Positions 40,631-48,870 of a stretch of 64,000 nucleotides of DNA are shown one piece after another. Location: contig JBBTSB010000003.1 of assembly GCA_038064915.1 (NCBI GenBank), forward strand, positions 13,395 to 77,394, in the 5' to 3' direction. Every line of letters starts with the position of its first letter. The stretch's first letter is position 1. The position numbers and the translations under genes were made by a program. Under the pieces are notes generated by a model. The model had not been told where the DNA came from and did not search any database. It worked only from the letters and a program-made list of their open reading frames with translations. Source of the stretch: Patescibacteria group bacterium. Lineage in GTDB: Bacteria; Patescibacteriota; Minisyncoccia; 2-02-FULL-40-12; IGHO2-01-FULL-4-A.

Positions 40631-41000
40631 CCTCCTGGGCTTTGTTGACGCGGCATACCTGACGGTTTCGCACTACCAAAACGCAATTCCACCCTGCACG
40701 ATATCAGGTTGTGAAACAGTGCTTACCAGCGAATATGCAGTCATGTTTGGCGTTCCCCTGGCGCTTCTTGGTGCGCTTTACTATCTGACGGTATTTTTTC
40801 TGGTCTTGAGCAACAGCGTGCGGGTGGTTGTTTGGCTCGTGGGTATCGGATTTGTCATATCACTTGTATTAGTGGGGTTGCAGTTGTTTGTCCTTGATGC
40901 GATCTGCCAATACTGCATGATATCTGCCGCTACGACGACTTTGCTTCTGATCTTCAGCTTGCTACTATTACGGAGTGACAACGTGGAACCTATTTCGTAA
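40587..41000 (+). CDS. Vitamin K epoxide reductase (VKOR) family protein
   Basis: C..GCE.VL.S.YA..FGVP, C.YC; adjacent to dsbA. Confidence 0.9.
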   Translation: MINSKTLSRLLLGLSLLGFVDAAYLTVSHYQNAIPPCTISGCETVLTSEYAVMFGVPLALLGALYYLTVFFLVLSNSVRVVVWLVGIGFVISLVLVGLQLFVLDAICQYCMISAATTTLLLIFSLLLLRSDNVEPIS

Positions 41001-42042
41001 TTCCAAGGATGCATGGGAAGCGCTCTTTGTCGACTGCGAGCGTGCCGAGCGCTCCATAGATCTTGAGCAATACATTGTACACGATGATGCCATCGGCAGG
41101 AGGCTTTTTGCACTTCTTGAAGCAAAAGCTCGCGCGGGTGTTCAGGTGCGCCTTTTGTGTGATATGGTGGGAAGCTCCGATTTTTACCGATCCATCCAGG
41201 TTAAAAAGCTTCGTAGTGCAGGAGTAGAGATTTTCTTTGTCCATCCTATCAGTTTTTGGCGCCTCAAAAATCTCACCTCATGGTTTTTTCGAGACCACCG
41301 CAAACTTTGGATCATCGACGGTAGTATCGGGTATACCGGTGGCGTCAATTTGGGAGCAGCATACGCAGAATGGCGGGATACGCAAATTCGTATTCTGGGG
41401 CCCGCGGTGGAGCAGATGCGAGCAGAATTTGAACGCATGTGGACGGGAGTGAGCCAGCATCATTTTGCACGATCACGTTCCCCGCATGATGTTCGAGATG
41501 AATTTATGCTGGTGGCAAATGCCCCGCGCATTCGCCAGCGCCACTTTTATCACGTGTTGTTGCGAGCGATACGAAAAGCAGAGAGCAGTGTCTATCTTAC
41601 CACTCCGTACTACATTCCCCCGATTCGTATTTTGCGCGCTTTGCAAAAAGCTGCCCATCGCGGTGTCGATGTCCGGTTACTCGTTCCAATTACGTCGGAC
41701 ATTTGGATGGTGGATTTGGCCTCGCATTCATTTTTTGGCGTGACCATGAAGTCGGGCATTCGACTGTTTCGGTATGAGGGAGAAATTATTCATGCGAAAA
41801 CGTTTATCATTGATGATCGGTGGGCGGCCGTCGGCAGCAGTAATCTTGACTCTCAAAGTTTTAGTTTTAGCTATGAGGCAAATTTGATTACGACAAATCC
41901 TGCATGTGTTGAAGAATTGCGTGGGCACTTTTTTGAAGATATGAAAAAATCCAAAGAGCTTGATGCCTCGATCTGGGAACAGCGTTCGCTCTGGCGGCGT
42001 TTTCTCGAACCGCTCACCTGGCCAATACACTGGATTTTATAG
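40975..42042 (+). CDS. Phospholipase D-family cardiolipin synthase-like protein
   Basis: Two HKD motifs (HRK..IIDG, HAK..IIDD), WRDT, TPYY, GSSNLD. Confidence 0.9.
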   Translation: MTTWNLFRNSKDAWEALFVDCERAERSIDLEQYIVHDDAIGRRLFALLEAKARAGVQVRLLCDMVGSSDFYRSIQVKKLRSAGVEIFFVHPISFWRLKNLTSWFFRDHRKLWIIDGSIGYTGGVNLGAAYAEWRDTQIRILGPAVEQMRAEFERMWTGVSQHHFARSRSPHDVRDEFMLVANAPRIRQRHFYHVLLRAIRKAESSVYLTTPYYIPPIRILRALQKAAHRGVDVRLLVPITSDIWMVDLASHSFFGVTMKSGIRLFRYEGEIIHAKTFIIDDRWAAVGSSNLDSQSFSFSYEANLITTNPACVEELRGHFFEDMKKSKELDASIWEQRSLWRRFLEPLTWPIHWIL

Positions 42043-42043
42043 C

Positions 42044-42379
42044 ATGTTTTTCAAGCCACCCAAAAATGATCACAAGTACCAGTGGACCAATCACGTCCAA
42101 CAGAAGATGATGTATTACGGTATTTCCGAAAGCCTCATCAAACGCATCACGAGATTTCCCAAGCGCATTGAAGAGGGCATTGCGCCAAAGACCGTTGCCG
42201 TCATGCAGCCCACCAGCAACAAGAAAAAGCCTCAAGAAATCTGGGTGATGTATGTGCAAATCAATGATACGAAAAAACGCATCGTTTCCGCGTGGCGGTA
42301 TCCCGGGATAAGTCCGATAGGAAAAAAGATTCCCATCCCGGATGAAATTTTGCAAGAATTGGAAGATATGATAGAGTAG
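42044..42379 (+). CDS. Conserved-looking hypothetical protein (possible RelE/DUF4258-like fold)
   Basis: WT.H...KM..Y, P.R.EEGIA, EIWVMY, I.SAWRYPG. Confidence 0.6.
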   Translation: MFFKPPKNDHKYQWTNHVQQKMMYYGISESLIKRITRFPKRIEEGIAPKTVAVMQPTSNKKKPQEIWVMYVQINDTKKRIVSAWRYPGISPIGKKIPIPDEILQELEDMIE

Positions 42380-42384
42380 CAACT

Positions 42385-42834
42385 ATGAAAGCTACCCTTG
42401 CTACCATAATAATCATCATTGGTCTTGCCGTTGCAGGATATATCCTCATGCAGCCAAAAGACGAATTTACGCTTGATGCAACCCCTATGGCAACACAAAT
42501 CACGCCTACTCCTTTGCCCTCGTCCATTACGGAACTAAAAATGGAAACGCTTGTGGAGGGAAGCGGCCCGCAAGCAAAAGCTGGGGATACCATTTCTGTT
42601 TTATACGTCGGCACCCGTCTGGATGGGAGTATTCTTGATGCTTCCGGTCTTCACAACAATGAACCGTTTTCTTTCACACTCGGTTCCGGCCAAGTCATCA
42701 AGGGATTTGATCAGGGATTGATGGGCGTGCGAAAAGGCGAAAAACGAAAAATTTTTATTCCTATGGAACTTGCCTATGGCAATGAGTCGTTGATTTTTGA
42801 AGTTGATGTTCTCACCGTAACGAGCGCAAAATAA
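42385..42834 (+). CDS. FKBP-type peptidyl-prolyl isomerase
   Basis: V.Y.G...DG..D.S, F.LG.GQVI.GFD.G, IP..LAYG, LIFEV. Confidence 0.9.
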   Translation: MKATLATIIIIIGLAVAGYILMQPKDEFTLDATPMATQITPTPLPSSITELKMETLVEGSGPQAKAGDTISVLYVGTRLDGSILDASGLHNNEPFSFTLGSGQVIKGFDQGLMGVRKGEKRKIFIPMELAYGNESLIFEVDVLTVTSAK

Positions 42835-42836
42835 TC

Positions 42837-42983
42837 ATGTCGATCGTACTAGCACTTTTTTTTCTTCTTCTGCCCTTTGTTTTCCACCTCGTGGTGACCG
42901 GTTCTCTTCTGGGCGGCTTGTGGATCTATTTCATCGGCGCGATTGTCACCGCTATTTTTGTCTTGCAGGAATCAAGTAATTGA
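42837..42983 (+). CDS. 48-aa two-helix membrane protein
   Basis: MSIVLALFFLLLPFVFHLVVTGSLLGGLWIYFIGAIVTAIFVLQESSN*, starting 2 nt after the FKBP stop. Confidence 0.5.
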   Translation: MSIVLALFFLLLPFVFHLVVTGSLLGGLWIYFIGAIVTAIFVLQESSN

Positions 42984-43056
42984 TTGACAGAAGCTCTCTT
43001 TTCTAGTAAACAATCAGTGTCCTCAAAAGTTCCATCAACCAAGAAGGAGGTTTTAC

Positions 43057-43653
43057 GTGAAGGGATACGGAACTCCGTACCATAGCACCGTTTACGAGTC
43101 GTTCTTCGACTCGACTTCGGACCTCGTCCGGTTCCTCGTGGACGAAGGGTTCAAAGTCGCCAGTGCGGGAACGGTGGTCGACATCGACCGCTACTACCGC
43201 CGGAAGCCATACCGGCTGAAGTACTACTATCTGGCGACCGACGGGTACCTCATCATCGTCCGGACGCCGCTGTTCGCCACGTCCAACGGCTTTGCGGCGC
43301 GCGTGCCTCTCCGCGTGTGGATCGCCGACCGCGATGGTCGGCTCGTCATGAAGAACCACAAGGTGCTCCAGACCGCCGGGGCCCTGGACAGCATCAAGGA
43401 GTACGTCAAGCGCGCGGTGCATCGCGCCCGTCAGCGCATCATGTGCCACTGCGGGAATCGGGCGCTCATCCGTCGCGCCCCGCAGGGAGGCTACTACTTC
43501 TCCTGCAGGGGAGACGCCGAATTCCCCCACAAGGAAGAATCGTCGACCATCGATTTCGGCATGCCGGAGGAGCTTCTCGCGGACGCACGCGCCAAGCGTG
43601 TGCGGCGCCAGGCGCACCGGCGGCGCGAGGAGCGTGGGCGCGAAAAGCGCTAG
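43057..43653 (+). CDS. Hypothetical protein (high GC) with a C-terminal Zn-ribbon-like motif
   Basis: SD AAGGAGG plus GTG; CHCG...R....GYYFSC...H. Confidence 0.65.
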   Translation: MKGYGTPYHSTVYESFFDSTSDLVRFLVDEGFKVASAGTVVDIDRYYRRKPYRLKYYYLATDGYLIIVRTPLFATSNGFAARVPLRVWIADRDGRLVMKNHKVLQTAGALDSIKEYVKRAVHRARQRIMCHCGNRALIRRAPQGGYYFSCRGDAEFPHKEESSTIDFGMPEELLADARAKRVRRQAHRRREERGREKR

Positions 43654-43680
43654 CCCAGCGCCACGAACCAGTTCACCAGC

Positions 43681-43717
43681 GGCGTCGTCCTCACGGGCGG
43701 CGCCGGCTTTTCGTTTT
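43681..43717 (+). terminator. Intrinsic terminator
   Basis: GGCGTCGTCC-TCAC-GGGCGGCGCC (with G.U pairs), then TTTTCGTTTT. Confidence 0.7.
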
Positions 43718-43744
43718 GAATCAAACATGGTACAGTATATATCC

Positions 43745-44401
43745 ATGATTTTACTTCGTGATGTCAATAAAACCTATTCAGAGGGGCGTGTTGCCTTCCA
43801 TGCCCTCAAAGACGTAAACTTGGAAATCAATCAGGGTGAGTTTGTAAGCATTCTCGGTCCTTCGGGGAGCGGAAAATCCACCTTGATGCATTTAATCGGC
43901 GGACTGGATAGACCGACCATTGGTACTGTGGTAGTCAATTATCAGTCCCTTGGGATTCTTTCGGACAAACAGCTTACCAAGTTTCGCAATCAAAACATCG
44001 GTTTTGTGTTTCAATTCTTTCATTTGCTTCCATATCTGACAGCGCTGGAAAACGTGCGTCTTCCGCTTATGTATTCGGATTACAAAATCGATCGCAATCA
44101 CCATGCCGCCGAAATGCTTCGCTATTTTGGTCTGGGTGAAAAACTCAAAAGCAAGATCAACGAGCTTTCCGGCGGTGAGCGCCAGCGTGTGGCGATTGCC
44201 CGTGCACTCATTTGCGATCCGGCGATCATCCTCGCCGATGAGCCGACTGGAAATCTGGATAGTAAAAACGGTGAATATGTGTTTGAGACACTCACCACAC
44301 TGCATCAGCTAGGAAAAACCGTAGTGGTGGTCACTCACGATGAGCACCTTGCAAAGCGCGCGCATAGAATAATTCACGTCAAAGATGGACACGTTTCTTG
44401 A
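43745..44401 (+). CDS. ABC ATPase (LolD/MacB type)
   Basis: GPSGSGKST, IGFVFQ.F.L, LSGGERQRVAIARAL, ADEPTGNLD. Confidence 0.93.
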   Translation: MILLRDVNKTYSEGRVAFHALKDVNLEINQGEFVSILGPSGSGKSTLMHLIGGLDRPTIGTVVVNYQSLGILSDKQLTKFRNQNIGFVFQFFHLLPYLTALENVRLPLMYSDYKIDRNHHAAEMLRYFGLGEKLKSKINELSGGERQRVAIARALICDPAIILADEPTGNLDSKNGEYVFETLTTLHQLGKTVVVVTHDEHLAKRAHRIIHVKDGHVS

Positions 44402-45542
44402 TTCACTGCAAGCCGCATACGGATCGCTCACTGCCAAAAAAATGCGCAGTGTGCTTTCGATTTTGGGCGTGGTCATAGGCATTCTGACGATCTCCAGTTT
44501 ACTTACCATCTCCTTTGGCGTACGGGATCAAATCGGTTCCTATATTGGCGATTTGGGAGCAAATCTCTTGGTTGTACTTCCTGGCGATACCGATCAGAGC
44601 GGCGGATTTGCGTCGCAATTTGGTGTGAGCACGCTAACAGAATCTGACGTAGAAGCTATTCGACGCGAAGTACCCGAAGTCATCAACCTCAATTCGGCTA
44701 TGATTATCAGCCATCCTAAATTCTTTATCTTGGCAGGTTCACCGGGCATACAGGCCACGTTTAACCTGAAACTCGATCAGGGACAATTTCCCGATCAGAA
44801 CGACGAGTTTCGCCGATCACGCGTTGCTGTTGTAGGAGCAAAAGTTACTGAAAATCCCATTGTGATTCGAGGTCAGACCTATGAGGTCGTTGGGCATTTG
44901 AGTCCTGTGACCAATGCTTCATCGCTTGGCGGTCCGGATGTAAATTCAATGGTTGTCATACCGCTTTCCACCGGATGGGAAGTGACCAACACAAAACAAA
45001 TCTTTCGTATTTCCATGCAGGCGCCTACGGCTGAAACGGTAGGGCCGCTCCGTGAGCGCATCGAATCCACCATGCTACAAAATCACCGAGGCGAAAAAGA
45101 CTTCAGTGTTCTCACGCAGGATGATATATTAAGTCTCGCGAACGATATTTTGGATCTCATCACCGCCATGATAAGTGCGATTGCAGCTATTTCGTTGGTT
45201 GTTGGCGGCATTGGCATCATGAACATCATGCTAGTGACTGTAAACGAGCGCACGCGCGAAATTGGCATCCGCAAAGCCGTGGGTGCGACACGAGGCGTCA
45301 TCATGCTACAGTTTTTGATAGAAAGTATTTTACTTACCTTCATGGCGGGCGTGGTTGCCGTGGGAATATTTAGTGCGATGATCGCACTGGTAAAAAGCCA
45401 CGTTCCCATACCGTTGAGCTTGGATTGGTACGTCATTTTGATTGCGCTGGGATTTTCTATTCTCGCCGGCATCGTTTTCGGTCTCATCCCCGCCTGGCAA
45501 GCAAGCCGCAAAGATCCGATTGAAGCACTACGCTACGAATAG
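44385..45542 (+). CDS. ABC permease (MacB/FtsX family)
   Basis: RS.LS.LG..IG, ISL.VGGIGIMNIMLV.V.ERTREIGIRKA.GA, PA..AS..DPI.ALRYE. Confidence 0.92.
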   Translation: MDTFLDSLQAAYGSLTAKKMRSVLSILGVVIGILTISSLLTISFGVRDQIGSYIGDLGANLLVVLPGDTDQSGGFASQFGVSTLTESDVEAIRREVPEVINLNSAMIISHPKFFILAGSPGIQATFNLKLDQGQFPDQNDEFRRSRVAVVGAKVTENPIVIRGQTYEVVGHLSPVTNASSLGGPDVNSMVVIPLSTGWEVTNTKQIFRISMQAPTAETVGPLRERIESTMLQNHRGEKDFSVLTQDDILSLANDILDLITAMISAIAAISLVVGGIGIMNIMLVTVNERTREIGIRKAVGATRGVIMLQFLIESILLTFMAGVVAVGIFSAMIALVKSHVPIPLSLDWYVILIALGFSILAGIVFGLIPAWQASRKDPIEALRYE

Positions 45543-45545
45543 CGC

Positions 45546-45574
45546 TTGAAAAAAATTAGATTCCATGGTACTAT
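45546..45574 (+). promoter_or_regulatory. Sigma70 promoter, probably giving a leaderless transcript
   Basis: TTGAAA-17 nt-TACTAT (extended TGG)-6 nt-ATG. Confidence 0.6.
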
Positions 45575-45580
45575 GAGGTA

Positions 45581-46765
45581 ATGCAACAATCGTCTAGTTT
45601 CTATGGTCTCGGCATTGCCCCCCAGCTTCTCGAAACCCTCGACAAACTCAATTTCAAAATCCCCACCCCTATCCAACAGCAGGCGATTCCGCATGCAATT
45701 GAAGGGAAAGACGTTATGGGTATCGCGCAAACGGGCACGGGCAAGACACTCGCTTTTGGTGTTCCTATGATCCAGCGTCTCGCTTCGACCGGAGGCATGG
45801 GCCTTGTCGTGCTGCCCACGCGTGAGCTTGCGGTTCAAGTTGATGAAACACTTCGAAAACTCACCCAAAAGGGAACTGCCGTTTTGATTGGTGGAACCTC
45901 CCAGGAACGCCAAGTGCAAGCGCTTCGCCGCAATCCCCGTATCATCATCGGCACGCCTGGACGTATCAATGATTTGCTCCAGCAAAAACTGCTACGTCTA
46001 GACCAAGTAAAAGTGTTGGTTCTGGACGAAGCTGACCGCATGTTCGATATGGGTTTTGCTCCGCAAATTAAAAAAATTCTCCAAGTTATCCCACCCGATC
46101 GCCAGACGATGCTTTTTTCTGCGACGATGCCTACGGAAATTGTCCGTCTTGCTTCCGGATACATGAAACTTCCCATTCGCGTGGAGATTGCTCGAGCGGG
46201 TACGGCTGCGGAAACGGTCATCCAAGAGCTCTACGTTGTACCTCACAATGACAAGCTGCGACTTCTGGAAAAACTGCTTACTGAATACCACGGGACCGTT
46301 CTCATTTTTTCCCGTACCAAACACGGTGCCAAAAAAATCTGTCGCGCTATCCGTACGATGGGACACAATGCCGCAGAGCTTCACTCGAATTTGTCATTCA
46401 GCCAGCGCACGCGATCCATGGAGGGATTTCGCTCCGGCGCTTTTCGCATCTTGGTGGCTACCGATATTGCCGCGCGGGGGATTGATGTTTCCAGTATCGA
46501 GCTGGTCATCAACTACGATGTTCCCGAGCATGCGGAGGACTACGTGCATCGCATCGGCCGCACGGGACGCGCTGGAGCCGAAGGTCGCGCAATCACCTTT
46601 GCTTCACCCGATCAGGCGCGCGAAGTTCGCGATATCCAAAAGCTTATTCGCACATGGATTCCTATCGCAAAACTTCCGGAGTTGCCACCTGCCAGAATCC
46701 TTCCTCAAGTATCAAAAAACCCCGTCGCCCGAGGGCAACGAGGTTTTTCGCGAAGACGTTACTGA
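45581..46765 (+). CDS. DEAD-box RNA helicase
   Basis: AQTGTGKT, PTRELA, DEAD, SAT, ARGID, HRIGRTGR. Confidence 0.95.
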   Translation: MQQSSSFYGLGIAPQLLETLDKLNFKIPTPIQQQAIPHAIEGKDVMGIAQTGTGKTLAFGVPMIQRLASTGGMGLVVLPTRELAVQVDETLRKLTQKGTAVLIGGTSQERQVQALRRNPRIIIGTPGRINDLLQQKLLRLDQVKVLVLDEADRMFDMGFAPQIKKILQVIPPDRQTMLFSATMPTEIVRLASGYMKLPIRVEIARAGTAAETVIQELYVVPHNDKLRLLEKLLTEYHGTVLIFSRTKHGAKKICRAIRTMGHNAAELHSNLSFSQRTRSMEGFRSGAFRILVATDIAARGIDVSSIELVINYDVPEHAEDYVHRIGRTGRAGAEGRAITFASPDQAREVRDIQKLIRTWIPIAKLPELPPARILPQVSKNPVARGQRGFSRRRY

Positions 46766-46971
46766 GTAACTTGGACGCGTTGGACGTTTACTGCGTTGAG
46801 TCCCTTTGGGGAATCTGCAGTTTCAAACGTAACGGTCTCGCCTTCTTTGAGTTCGTCAAACGTGACGCCGACGCAGCTGTTGCTGTGGAAGAAAACATCC
46901 TTGGGAAGTTCTTCTGAGGCAATGAAGCCGAAGCCTTTGTCCGTGACGAGCTTTTTGATAGTTCCTGTCAT
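46759..46971 (-). CDS. Cold-shock domain protein
   Basis: KGFGFI (RNP1), DVFFH (RNP2), KG..A.NV. Confidence 0.95.
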   Translation of the reverse strand: MTGTIKKLVTDKGFGFIASEELPKDVFFHSNSCVGVTFDELKEGETVTFETADSPKGLNAVNVQRVQVTQ

Positions 46972-47034
46972 AGATATATTGTTAAAATGATAGATACAAA
47001 AAGAAAAACGACCACCTCTTCACTTTGTCCTTCA

Positions 47035-47096
47035 AGTATACTACAGCCAACCCCAAATGTCAATAGCTTGACAGGTAAGCTATTTTTTGATACGCT
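47035..47096. promoter_or_regulatory. Back-to-back sigma70 promoters
   Basis: Minus strand TTGACA-17-TATACT (csp); plus strand TTGACA-17-TACGCT with extended TG; the -35 boxes form TGTCAA-tagc-TTGACA. Confidence 0.75.
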
Positions 47097-47099
47097 GAA

Positions 47100-47172
47100 G
47101 GCGGAGGGGTACGATAGGCATTGCGGCTATCAAGCGCAGTGCTCGTCGACCTGCGCCATACCCTCCCAAGCC
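47100..47172 (+). ncRNA. Candidate structured 5' leader (three-way junction)
   Basis: P1 GGAGGG(G)TA/TACCCTCC enclosing P2 GATAG/CTATC and P3 GCGCAG/CTGCGC. Confidence 0.4.
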
Positions 47173-47181
47173 GAACTCACC

Positions 47182-47352
47182 ATGAAACTACTTTCGGCTC
47201 TGGGATTGGTGGTACTGTTCCTCCTCTTGTTCGTGATGATGCCCCGCATCTTTCACGATCTTGAGGAAACCCTCCACCGGTTCTTCGGGATGATCCAGGA
47301 CGTCCTTGCGCTCGCGCAAAAATTCCTGGCCATGGTCTCATCTAACACGTGA
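47182..47352 (+). CDS. 56-aa small membrane protein
   Basis: MKLLSALGLVVLFLLLFVMMP (TM) plus an amphipathic tail; flanked by promoter and terminator. Confidence 0.6.
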   Translation: MKLLSALGLVVLFLLLFVMMPRIFHDLEETLHRFFGMIQDVLALAQKFLAMVSSNT

Positions 47353-47361
47353 GACTACGCT

Positions 47362-47401
47362 ACCCCACTGTTGTTGCATTCATTTGCACCAGTGGGGTTT
47401 T
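47362..47401 (+). terminator. Intrinsic terminator
   Basis: ACCCCACTG...CAGTGGGGT followed by TTT. Confidence 0.65.
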
Positions 47402-47418
47402 AGCTTTATAGTCTATGT

Positions 47419-48867
47419 ATGCATAGCGCCAAACACTATCACCTTACCGGTGAGCATTTTTATAAATTTTTTCAGTGTCCGCACTGGATTTGGTACGATC
47501 TTTACGAAGACAAGCAAAAGATGGGCAAGACTCCGGCGCTCATGGATATGATCTACCAAAACGGCCTCCAGCACGAGCATGAAGTTATCAAGTCGCGCAA
47601 GTTTGAGGAGATCAAACCGGAATTGTACAAAGACCTCGATGAAGCGTTTCTCGCCACAGTGGAGCTCATGAAAAAGGGCGTAAACATTTACCATGGCGTG
47701 CTCATGGACAGTCATTGGGTGGGGATTCCGGATCTGCTGGAAGCAAAGCCAGTGGAGAAGGGGATGAAATCGATTTTTGGGGATCACTATTATGTCGTGT
47801 ATGACATCAAAAGCGGGATGGAGATCCGCGATGACTACAAATTCCAGCTGACGTTTTATAGTTTGATTCTCGAACGTATTCAAGGTGTGCTTCCCCGCGA
47901 GGCTTTTATCATCAACGGCATGGGCGAAGAACACGGGTTTGTCGTGGATGATTTTTTGGATTACTTTCATCTCACACGCGAGCGGATTGAGAGAATTTTG
48001 GATGGCGAAAAACCGGCGCCGTTCCTGAAAAGCTCCTGCAAGACCTCGCCGTGGTTCTCTTTGTGCCTCGATGACGCAAAAGCATGTGATGATATTTCTC
48101 TCATCCATCGCCTCTCGCAAAACGATCAGCGCCGACTCTACGATATGGGAATTCGTACCGTCAAGGATTTGGCCACCGCAGACATGGAAGAGCTTCGCAC
48201 ACGATTGGAAGATTGGCAGTTTGATAAAATTTTGCGTTTTCACAACCAGGCCAATGTGCTCATGACGAATGAACCGATGATTTTGAAAAAAGCTGATTTT
48301 CCTGATGTGAAGACGGAAATATATTTTGATATTGAGTCGGATCCGACAGAAGAAATTGACTACTTGCTTGGGGTTTTGACCAAAAAAGGGAAAACGACAG
48401 AATATAAATATTTTCTCGCGAAAGACAAAGCCGATGAGGAGCGCATCTGGCGGGAGTTTCTCAATTTTCTCGATAGCCTCGATGATTTTGTGATCTACCA
48501 CTATGCGCATTTTGAGCAACAAGTGTTTAAACGCTTTGCGGATCAGTATGGAATTTCGCGCGAGTTGGAAAATAAGTTCAAAGATAATTCGATTGATCTG
48601 TGGCGGACTACCATTGAGGCGGTCGTTTTGCCTTTGTACTTTTATAGTCTCAAAGACGTGGCGAAATATCTGGGTTTCAAGTGGGATTCCGCAGACGCGG
48701 GGGGAGCAGAGTCGGTTGTTTGGTACAACGACTACCTCAAGACCAAAGACACAAAGATACTTGACAAAATTCTCCGTTACAACGAAGATGATGTTCGAGC
48801 CACACTGTTTGTAAAAGAATGGCTGGAAAAGCAAAAGCCCAAGACAAGCAGAGAAAAGCTCGATTAA
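47419..48867 (+). CDS. TM0106-family RecB-like nuclease with RNase H-like C-terminal domain
   Basis: G.PDLL..YDIK..Q..FY PD-(D/E)xK core; GI.TV.DLA; YFDIE.DP, YSLK..A, YNEDDV.AT. Confidence 0.88.
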   Translation: MHSAKHYHLTGEHFYKFFQCPHWIWYDLYEDKQKMGKTPALMDMIYQNGLQHEHEVIKSRKFEEIKPELYKDLDEAFLATVELMKKGVNIYHGVLMDSHWVGIPDLLEAKPVEKGMKSIFGDHYYVVYDIKSGMEIRDDYKFQLTFYSLILERIQGVLPREAFIINGMGEEHGFVVDDFLDYFHLTRERIERILDGEKPAPFLKSSCKTSPWFSLCLDDAKACDDISLIHRLSQNDQRRLYDMGIRTVKDLATADMEELRTRLEDWQFDKILRFHNQANVLMTNEPMILKKADFPDVKTEIYFDIESDPTEEIDYLLGVLTKKGKTTEYKYFLAKDKADEERIWREFLNFLDSLDDFVIYHYAHFEQQVFKRFADQYGISRELENKFKDNSIDLWRTTIEAVVLPLYFYSLKDVAKYLGFKWDSADAGGAESVVWYNDYLKTKDTKILDKILRYNEDDVRATLFVKEWLEKQKPKTSREKLD

Positions 48868-48870
48868 TCC

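Noticed and set aside
47100-47172. tRNA, SRP RNA or hammerhead ribozyme identity for the structured leader
   Set aside because: No TTCGA T-loop or cloverleaf, no SRP GGAA/AGCAG motif and no CTGATGA/GAAA core.
47419-48867. Cas4-like nuclease suggesting CRISPR-Cas
   Set aside because: Architecture is TM0106-type; no repeat-spacer array or other cas genes were seen.
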